From: a candidate division WOR-3 bacterium
GTDB lineage: Bacteria > Hydrothermota > UBA3072 > B12-G15
Direction: 5' to 3'
Length of the DNA: 21,430 nucleotides
NCBI GenBank assembly: GCA_965649055.1
Contig: CBFGJG010000036.1
Location: forward strand, 1 to 21,430
In this document: positions 1-6,952 of the stretch, one piece after another
Layout: each line of letters opens with the position of its first letter
How positions within the stretch are numbered: the stretch's first letter is position 1
Notes under the pieces: generated by a model
Told to the model about the DNA's origin: nothing
The model's database searches: none
Seen by the model: only the letters and a program-made list of their open reading frames with translations
Program-made: the position numbers and the translations under genes

Positions 1-24
1 ATAACCTACCTTGTGTGTTAGCAT
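1..24 (-). CDS. 5' end of an unidentified gene running off the window (MLTHKVGY...)
   Basis: ATG at 24-22 with AGGTGG Shine-Dalgarno-like motif 5 nt upstream (30-35); frame open to the window edge. Only 8 codons visible. Confidence 0.5.
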
Positions 25-67
25 ATATACCACCTATAATAATTGATGAGATTTATGATAAAATTTT

Positions 68-95
68 TAGACAAAACTTAAATGTTAATTATAAT
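68..95 (+). promoter_or_regulatory. Putative sigma70-type promoter TAGACA-N16-TATAAT pointing into repeat copy 1
   Basis: TAGACA 68-73 and TATAAT 90-95; the 16-bp spacer matches most other promoters here. No credible plus-strand CDS follows. AT-rich context raises the chance of a random match. Confidence 0.4.
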
Positions 96-136
96 AAATT
101 GTACCACCATGTCCCTGATCTTCCCGAAATTAATAG

Positions 137-340
137 AAAATTAAGGGGTCAGCCTTCTCATTTCTCACATTTGTAATTGGGGTAAGTATTAAACCTTTAA
201 CCTTACAAAAAAAAGAAGAGATTCCCACAGGTTAGTAGAGAGAATCAAAGAAGTTTGCTAACCTTCGGAATGACAAATGACTGAAGTCATTACGAACATT
301 GGGTCTTCTTACTTAATTTCTGTATTCAATGTGTGGTAAT
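137..340. repeat. 204-bp intergenic direct repeat, copy 1 (REP/BIME-like palindromic composite)
   Basis: Ungapped match to 5309-5512 (offset 5172) with 5 substitutions by manual comparison. Contains unit A GAGATTCCCAC...TTCGGAATGAC (218-274) and inverted unit B GTCATTACGAA...TGTGGTAAT (286-340). Confidence 0.95.
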
Positions 341-400
341 ATTTGTTTTAAAAATTATTAAAGATAATAGAATTACAAAGAAAACTATATCTTATATTTT

Positions 401-1498
401 TTATTCAATTGTCTTACGAAATTTTAAAGAACTGAAAACAATAAAGATAATACCGAAAAAAATGAGGATTAATATCTCATTATATATTTCCATAAAACTA
501 CAACCTTTTATAAGGATTTTTCTGACAATAGTCAATGCGTATGTTAAAGGATTTATATATGCTATCCATCTTAAAGCAATCGGGATACTGGAAACAGGAA
601 AGAAAAAACCAGAAAGAAGTAATGCAGGCATAATTATAGGAAAGATAGTTAATATTGCCTCTGTCTGTGTTTTTGAAACAGATGCACCAAATAAACCAAG
701 TCCAAGTGTTGTAAAAAGAAATATTAAAAGTGAAAATATAAGGAGGAAAATGTTCCCTCTTACCGGGAGCTCAAAGAGAATTCTTGCTACAATTAGGATA
801 ATAACAACCTCTATAAAACCTATGAATACATATGGTATTGTCTTTCCAAGAATAAACTCCCATCTTTTAATAGGCGATACTATCAGTTGTTCAATTGTGC
901 CTATCTCTTTTTCTTTTGTTATTGATAATGCCGTCAATAAAGAAGTTATAATAAGCAATATTAAAACAATAATCCCAGGAATCATAAAATACGAACTTTT
1001 CAATTGTGAATTGTATAATAATATTATTCTTGTATCTATAAAATTAAGACCTTTTGGAATTTTGCTTTTTTCTTTTAAGAGCGAAATAGAAAAATCGTTT
1101 ATTATTTCTTCAAGGTATCCTCTTATTATATTTGCAGAGTTTGCATCAGTCCCATCGATTGATATTAATAATTCTGATGATAAACCCTTCCCTATTTTTT
1201 CAGAAAATCCTTCCCTTATTGTAATTATAACATCTGTATTACCTTTTTTCAGGTTATTTTTATTACTTTTTGAAAGTATAAAATATTTGGATGATAATAA
1301 TGAATTGGCAAATTCCCTACTTATATGACTCTTATCATAATCATTTAAAATCACTTTTATGTTCTTTACTTCTGTGGTCACAACATATCCGAATATTATC
1401 AATTGAATTACGGGGGCTACAAATATTATAAATCTCATTCTTTTATCCCTAAAAGTTAATATCAATTCCTTTCTGAAAATACACAGTATATTGTTCAT
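401..1498 (-). CDS. ABC-2 family transporter permease (YbhR-like)
   Basis: 365 aa; KE...RD N-terminus, one TM helix plus a large extracytoplasmic loop, KEKEIGTIEQLIVSPI motif, LLSGFFFPV and NPLTY; overlaps the upstream permease by 4 nt. Confidence 0.9.
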   Translation of the reverse strand: MNNILCIFRKELILTFRDKRMRFIIFVAPVIQLIIFGYVVTTEVKNIKVILNDYDKSHISREFANSLLSSKYFILSKSNKNNLKKGNTDVIITIREGFSEKIGKGLSSELLISIDGTDANSANIIRGYLEEIINDFSISLLKEKSKIPKGLNFIDTRIILLYNSQLKSSYFMIPGIIVLILLIITSLLTALSITKEKEIGTIEQLIVSPIKRWEFILGKTIPYVFIGFIEVVIILIVARILFELPVRGNIFLLIFSLLIFLFTTLGLGLFGASVSKTQTEAILTIFPIIMPALLLSGFFFPVSSIPIALRWIAYINPLTYALTIVRKILIKGCSFMEIYNEILILIFFGIIFIVFSSLKFRKTIE

Positions 1499-2595
1499 AT
1501 CATAAACTTTTTAAATCTTGTTATACTCAATACTACAAAAAATAAAGAGTATATTATCAATGCGATAAACTCAATATATAAATCATAAAAACCAGAACCC
1601 TTAAGGAAAATAGCCCTGATTATTTTTAAATAATACCTTGCAGGTATAAAATATGTTATAAATCTAATAATCGTAGGCATACTTTTAATGGGGAAGATAA
1701 ATCCCGAAAGAAGAAAAGAAGGTAGAATGGATGTGAGGAATGCTATCATTGTTGAAATCTGTTGACTTCTATATTGAAGTGATATAAATAGGCCAATGCC
1801 TAAAGCACCAATTATATATAGTAATGAAGCAAAATAGAAAAGAAATATATTCCCTGCAAACTCAACCTTGAAAATAATTATACCGGTAATAAGGACAGTT
1901 GTAACCTGAAAAAGACCTAATATAAGATACGGAAACAACTTTCCAAGAATAAGTTCATACGATTTTAATGGTGTATACATCAATTGTTCCATTGTTCCTT
2001 TCTCCCATTCTGAAGCAATAGTTGTTGATGTAATAAGTGTGCATAAAACCATTATTATTATCGCAATCAAGCCAGGAACAATAAAGTTCTGGGATCTCAT
2101 TGATTTATTATATAAGAATTCTATTTTTGTATCAATTATATCTATCTTCAATTCAGATTTTTTTAGTATAAATTTAGAAACAGAAGAACTTAAAATATTC
2201 TTTATAACATTTGCAGTATTATAATCACATCCATCTATGAATATATCTATTTCTGGTTTTTCTCTCCTTAAAATTTTCTTTTCAAATCCAGAAGGAACAA
2301 TCACAATCCCTTTCCATTTTCCGATTTTTAACTCTTTCTCAAATAAATTTAGATCGTAATTATGGTCATAATGAATCTTAAAATATCCCGTATTTTTTAT
2401 GATTGAATACAGCTCCCTCGAAATATTTGAACGATCAAGATCAACAAATAGTAAATTAACATTCTCAATATCCATTCTTACAGCATATCCAAAAAGAAGT
2501 AAAAGGAGGATTGGCCATATCAAAGAAAAATAAAGTATCCTTATATCTCTGAATATGTGTATTATCTCCTTCCACGAAATGATGAGTATTTTCAT
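1495..2595 (-). CDS. ABC-2 family transporter permease (YbhS-like)
   Basis: 366 aa; FIVPGLIA, EWEKGTMEQLMYTP, LGKLFPY and LLSGFIFPI motifs; ATGA overlap with the ATPase. Confidence 0.9.
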   Translation of the reverse strand: MKILIISWKEIIHIFRDIRILYFSLIWPILLLLLFGYAVRMDIENVNLLFVDLDRSNISRELYSIIKNTGYFKIHYDHNYDLNLFEKELKIGKWKGIVIVPSGFEKKILRREKPEIDIFIDGCDYNTANVIKNILSSSVSKFILKKSELKIDIIDTKIEFLYNKSMRSQNFIVPGLIAIIIMVLCTLITSTTIASEWEKGTMEQLMYTPLKSYELILGKLFPYLILGLFQVTTVLITGIIIFKVEFAGNIFLFYFASLLYIIGALGIGLFISLQYRSQQISTMIAFLTSILPSFLLSGFIFPIKSMPTIIRFITYFIPARYYLKIIRAIFLKGSGFYDLYIEFIALIIYSLFFVVLSITRFKKFMI

Positions 2596-3503
2596 TTTCT
2601 CATAGATAAAAGGAAAGCATCCTGCAGGGTTGGTAATGAAATCCCCGGTTCTTCCACCTTTATATTTTCGTTTTTTAATAGTCTTAAAATCTTTTCAAGA
2701 CATTCTTCCCTTACAAATACATGGGTGGAATAACTGTATTGTATCATATCAATTATACATTCACTTCCTTGAAGTATTTCTTTGACATTATCATAATCCT
2801 GCTCTTTTAAGACAATCATTGATTTTGTAAATTTATTCTTTATCTCTGCTGGTGTTCCCATCTGTATTATTTTACCATTCTGTATAAACGCAATCCTTTC
2901 ACAATATTCTGCCTCTTCCATATAATGTGTTGTGACTAACAATGTAGTTTTATATTTATTCTTCATATGATATATAAGTTCCCAGATTTTCCTCCTTGAT
3001 AATGGGTCAACACCGGATGTTGGTTCATCAAGAAAAACAATAGGAGGATTATGGATTAATGCACAAACTAGTGCAAGCCTCTGTCTAAAACCTGTTGGAA
3101 GATTCCTCACAAGTTCTTTTTTCTTATCTTTTAAACCTGCTAATTCTATACTTATCTCTTTTCTTTGTTCAAGAATTTCCTTTCTTACACCGTATATACC
3201 AGCATAAAAATCTATTGTTTCCAAAATTGTCAGATCATCGTAAAGTGAGAACTTTTGTGACATATATCCTATTTTTCTTTTAATGTTCTCACTCTCTCTT
3301 GATATATCAAACCCTGCAACATATCCTTCTCCTGAAGTTGGTTTTAAAATACCACATAACATTCTTATTGTTGTTGTCTTACCTGCCCCATTTGGACCGA
3401 GAAGACCAAATATTTCACCTTCTTCAACCGAAAAAGATATCGAATCTACTGCTGTGAAATCCCCAAATATTTTTTTCAGATTTTTTATTTCAATGCATTT
3501 CAT
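2592..3503 (-). CDS. ABC transporter ATP-binding protein (resembles the C-terminal NBD of YbhF)
   Basis: Walker A GPNGAGKTT, Q-loop GYMSQKFSLY, non-canonical signature LPTGFRQR, Walker B/D-loop VFLDEPTSGVDP, H-loop TTHY. Confidence 0.93.
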   Translation of the reverse strand: MKCIEIKNLKKIFGDFTAVDSISFSVEEGEIFGLLGPNGAGKTTTIRMLCGILKPTSGEGYVAGFDISRESENIKRKIGYMSQKFSLYDDLTILETIDFYAGIYGVRKEILEQRKEISIELAGLKDKKKELVRNLPTGFRQRLALVCALIHNPPIVFLDEPTSGVDPLSRRKIWELIYHMKNKYKTTLLVTTHYMEEAEYCERIAFIQNGKIIQMGTPAEIKNKFTKSMIVLKEQDYDNVKEILQGSECIIDMIQYSYSTHVFVREECLEKILRLLKNENIKVEEPGISLPTLQDAFLLSMRK

Positions 3504-4381
3504 ATTTTCTCACCAATATAATAAAAGAAAACGTCATCTATACTTGGTTTTATTTCCTTTACTGACAATCCGTCTTTTAATAGGTTTTTTAATAAATTTT
3601 TTTTTGATTCTTTATCACATATTATACAATATTTATCTCCCTTTGGATAAATATCGATAATTCCATTGTGCTTTTTTGGATAACCAGAAGATTCCAAAAC
3701 AATATATGGGAAATTTTTATAAATTTCTTCTAAGTTCCCAACAAAAATGAATTCCCCTTTATAAAGAAAACCTATAAATTTGCATCTTTCAATCTCTTCA
3801 AGGTAAGGTGTTGAAATAACAATTGTTGTTCCTTTACTTAAAAGTTCGTAGAAAAAATTCCACATCTCCCTTCTTGATACAGGGTCTATACCCGTTGTTG
3901 GTTCATCAAGTATGAGTATTGATGGTGAATGTAAAAGTGATGTAATAATTGCAAGTTTTTTCTGCATACCTCCTGAAAGTTTACCAGCCAATCTGTCTTT
4001 AAAATCTTCAAGACCGGTAATCTTGAGAAGATTTTTTGATCTTTCCCTAAATTCTATATCAGGAACATCGTATATCTTCTGAAAAAACCTGAGATTTTCA
4101 TAAACAGAAAGGTCTGGATAAAGTGTAAATTGCTGCGGAACAACGCCTATCTTCCTTTTTATTTCATCCTTTTCTTTAATAACATTCTTACCGAACATCT
4201 TAATATTTCCACTATCCGGAAGTAAAATACCCGCTAAAATTCTTAAAAATGTTGTCTTCCCTGCACCATCTGGACCAATAATCCCAAAAATCTGTCTTTC
4301 TTCAATCCTCAAAGAAATATCTTTAAGTGCGAATGAACTACCAAATCTTTTTGAAATATTATCTACTTCTATTAATGTCAT
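3500..4381 (-). CDS. ABC transporter ATP-binding protein (resembles the N-terminal NBD of YbhF)
   Basis: Walker A GPDGAGKTT, signature LSGGMQ, LILDEPTTGIDP, H-loop replaced by STPY. Start placed at ATG 4381 (MTLIEVDN), the usual distance from Walker A, rather than the ORF-track start 4420. Confidence 0.92.
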   Translation of the reverse strand: MTLIEVDNISKRFGSSFALKDISLRIEERQIFGIIGPDGAGKTTFLRILAGILLPDSGNIKMFGKNVIKEKDEIKRKIGVVPQQFTLYPDLSVYENLRFFQKIYDVPDIEFRERSKNLLKITGLEDFKDRLAGKLSGGMQKKLAIITSLLHSPSILILDEPTTGIDPVSRREMWNFFYELLSKGTTIVISTPYLEEIERCKFIGFLYKGEFIFVGNLEEIYKNFPYIVLESSGYPKKHNGIIDIYPKGDKYCIICDKESKKNLLKNLLKDGLSVKEIKPSIDDVFFYYIGEKI

Positions 4382-5243
4382 TTCTGAGATAAATTGAAGC
4401 AGACATTCCTGGAAACACATTATCTTTTGCGTCTATTATTCTTACCTTTACCCCATAAACAAGACCTAACCTCTCATTCCTTGTCTGAACATTCTTTGGT
4501 GTGAATTCCGCCTCATTTGATATCCAGAATACTTCTCCAGTAAATTTCTTTTCAAAAATGGGTTCTACAATAACATCAACCTTCATACCCAAATACACTA
4601 TATCCAGTTCTTTTAAAGGGAGAAATATTTTAACCCATAAATCTTTAAAATCTCCAATTTTTATAACCTCTGAACCTGCAAATAAAATTTCACCTTCTTC
4701 ATAATTCTTTGACAAAACCCTTCCTGATATTGGGCTTAAGATATAAGCATTTGAGATATTAAGTTTACAGAGATTTAACTTTGCTTCGGCTGATTTTATC
4801 TGTGCAATTAATTTCTCTTCCTGAACCGAAATAAGTTTTAATTGTGTCTCAATATCTTCAAAGTCTTTTTCAGCCATATCACCTGTAGAATATAATGCTT
4901 TTGCCCTTTCGTAATTTTTCTTTATACTTTCTTTCTTTAATCTTATCTCTTCTAAGTTTTTCTGCGCAAAAATCAAACCTGCCTTTGCTTCATCAAGTTG
5001 TAAAAGAATTTCATTATGCTCAATCACAAGAAGTGTATCATTTATACTTACAGAATCACCTTCTTTCACAAAGAATTTTAAAATTTTCCCTGAAATCTTG
5101 GAAGATATTATCACCTCTTTGGATTCAATGATACCGGAGCCTAAAAATTTTCTTTCCTTATTTCTGTTTAATATGTAAAGACTAAACGTTAAAACAATGA
5201 CAAAAAAAACAATAACTATAAAAATTATCCTTATTTTTTTCAT
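4359..5243 (-). CDS. HlyD family periplasmic adaptor / membrane fusion protein (YbhG-like)
   Basis: N-terminal membrane anchor, lipoyl half-motifs ISGKILKFFVKEGDSV and SPISGRV flanking a coiled coil, AEFTPKNVQT motif, PGM near the C-terminus; RBS GGAGGA at 5247-5252. Confidence 0.92.
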   Translation of the reverse strand: MKKIRIIFIVIVFFVIVLTFSLYILNRNKERKFLGSGIIESKEVIISSKISGKILKFFVKEGDSVSINDTLLVIEHNEILLQLDEAKAGLIFAQKNLEEIRLKKESIKKNYERAKALYSTGDMAEKDFEDIETQLKLISVQEEKLIAQIKSAEAKLNLCKLNISNAYILSPISGRVLSKNYEEGEILFAGSEVIKIGDFKDLWVKIFLPLKELDIVYLGMKVDVIVEPIFEKKFTGEVFWISNEAEFTPKNVQTRNERLGLVYGVKVRIIDAKDNVFPGMSASIYLRNDINRSR

Positions 5244-5276
5244 TTATCCTCCATTTATTAATATCCAACTTTTAAA

Positions 5277-5305
5277 ATACTATTGTAAATTTTTTATTCT
5301 GTCAA
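5277..5305 (-). promoter_or_regulatory. Putative promoter of the efflux operon, TTGACA-N17-TAGTAT
   Basis: Consensus -35 at 5305-5300 and TAnnnT -10 at 5282-5277, upstream of the RBS and ATG of the HlyD gene. Confidence 0.6.
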
Positions 5306-5308
5306 ATT

Positions 5309-5512
5309 AAAATTAAGGGGTCAGCCTTCTCATTTCTCACATTTGTAATTGGGGTAAGTATTAAACATTTAAACTTACAAAGAAAAGAAGAGATTCCCAC
5401 AGGTTAGGAGAGAGAATCAGAGAAGTTTGCTAACCTTCGGAATGACAAATGACTGAAGTCATTACGAACATTGGGTCTTCTTACTTAATTTCTGTATTCA
5501 ATGTGTGGTAAT
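5309..5512. repeat. 204-bp intergenic direct repeat, copy 2
   Basis: Same orientation as 137-340 with 5 substitutions; unit A at 5390-5446; unit B at 5458-5514, complete here (ends TGTGGTAATCT). Confidence 0.95.
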
Positions 5513-5541
5513 CTGTGAGGTTAAAAGAAACAAAAATGGAT

Positions 5542-5575
5542 GAGATTGCCATATCGCTATGCGACTCGCAATGAC
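5542..5575. repeat. Short REP-like palindrome GAGATTGCCATATCGCTATGCGACTCGCAATGAC (unit C)
   Basis: Same GAGATT...AATGAC ends as unit A; ATTGC/GCAAT outer stem and TCGC/GCGA inner hairpin; inverted relative to unit B. Confidence 0.75.
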
Positions 5576-5629
5576 AATCATAAGAAAAAAATATTTAAAG
5601 GATAGGATTGTGGTTCTTAATGATAAAAA

Positions 5630-6952
5630 TTAAGAATTTAAAAATTTGCCTTTTACTTTATAAAATCTATCAGGTGATTGGAATACAATTTCACCTCTTA
5701 ATATTGTCATTATTATCTTTCCTTTTAATCTCCTACCATCAAATGGTGTGAGTTTACCTTTAGAATAAAATTTTTCACCTTTTACTATCGTATATTCATC
5801 AGGATTAACAATAACAAGGTCGCAATCCTTTCCTATCTCAATTGAACCCTTTCTTCCGAAAATATTAAATTTCTTTGCAGGATTCTCACTTGTTACCTCA
5901 AGAAATCTCTTTAAACATATCCTATTTTTAAAAAGAAATTCAGATAGCGTATAAAGATAGATTGTCTCAATACCAGGAATACCAGAATAAGCTTCCCATA
6001 TATTCTTACCTATCTTCTGATATTCAGGAGATGGTGCATGGTCTGACGCAATGTAAGAAATCTTTCCCTTAATAAAATAATCAATCATTTTCTTTCTGTT
6101 CTCTTCTGATTTTACAACAGGTGCTGTTTTTAATATATTACCATATTTTTTTAAATCATCACTGGAAAACTCAAGATAATGTGGTGCTGTCTCACAGGTT
6201 ATATTTTTGTATTTTAAAATTATATCAATTGATTCTGCGGTTGATATATGGACTATGTGTAATTCTGCATTTATCTTTTCATTGATTTTACAAGCATTCT
6301 GAACTGCTATAACTTCTGCAATCTCAGGCCTTGAATAATAGTAATTTACTGGTGAATCACCTTTATTCTTGTAATATTCTGTTGCATTTCTAACATATAA
6401 AGGGTCTTCCGCATGCAGTAAAACAGGCTTTTTTATTTTCTTTGCAATCTTCAAGATATTTTCAAATTGAAAGTGATTTATCTCCTTAAATGTATCCATT
6501 CCTGAAAGAAAATAAACCTTAAAACCAAGAACATATTTTGACAATTCCCTCATGATCTTTTCTAAATCCTCGCAATCACCAGATATACCACCAAAAAATC
6601 CAAAATCTACATAAGATTTCCCTTTTATTCTCTCGTATTTATACATAAGGTTTTCAACATTAGTAACAGGTGGTATTGATGTGCAGGGCATATCTATTAT
6701 TGTTGTTATACCTGAACTTATCGCTGCCTTCGAACCCGTTAAAAAATCTTCCCTTTCTTCAAATCCAGGTTCATTGAAATGGACATGAGCATCTATTCCA
6801 CCAGGAAATACAAGAAATCCTTTAATATCTATAATATCATTACCTTTAAGATTCTTACCTATTTCTACAATCTTTCCCTTTTCTTCCCTTATATCCAACT
6901 GAATGAATTCTTCTTTATCCGGTAAGGCTAAAAGCCCATTTTTAATGAGCAT
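5630..6952 (-). CDS. allB: Allantoinase-like cyclic amidohydrolase (dihydroorotase/hydantoinase superfamily)
   Basis: PGGIDAHVH, HFNEPG, GITTIIDMP, GFKVY (carboxy-Lys position), LHAED, HIVH, ETAPHYL and ASDHAP motifs. The purine-catabolism-type context supports allB, but the substrate is not certain. Confidence 0.7.
   Translation of the reverse strand: MLIKNGLLALPDKEEFIQLDIREEKGKIVEIGKNLKGNDIIDIKGFLVFPGGIDAHVHFNEPGFEEREDFLTGSKAAISSGITTIIDMPCTSIPPVTNVENLMYKYERIKGKSYVDFGFFGGISGDCEDLEKIMRELSKYVLGFKVYFLSGMDTFKEINHFQFENILKIAKKIKKPVLLHAEDPLYVRNATEYYKNKGDSPVNYYYSRPEIAEVIAVQNACKINEKINAELHIVHISTAESIDIILKYKNITCETAPHYLEFSSDDLKKYGNILKTAPVVKSEENRKKMIDYFIKGKISYIASDHAPSPEYQKIGKNIWEAYSGIPGIETIYLYTLSEFLFKNRICLKRFLEVTSENPAKKFNIFGRKGSIEIGKDCDLVIVNPDEYTIVKGEKFYSKGKLTPFDGRRLKGKIIMTILRGEIVFQSPDRFYKVKGKFLNS

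Noticed and set aside
137..340. Repeat read as a CRISPR array, tRNA, IS/MITE or integron attC site
   Set aside because: Units alternate in orientation and differ in sequence. There is no repeat-spacer periodicity, no tRNA T-loop or CCA, no terminal inverted repeats or target duplication on the 204-mer, and no cas or intI gene.
333..1328. 331-aa plus-strand ORF
   Set aside because: It is an antisense shadow of the YbhR-like permease, with no RBS and no recognisable motif.
1481..1496. NrdR-box-like sequence ACACAGTATATTGTTC
   Set aside because: It is a single imperfect match inside a permease CDS with no nrd gene nearby.
5309..5512. Duplication as an assembly artefact
   Set aside because: The copies differ at 5 positions and have distinct flanks, so an artefact is unlikely. 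Read mapping would settle it.
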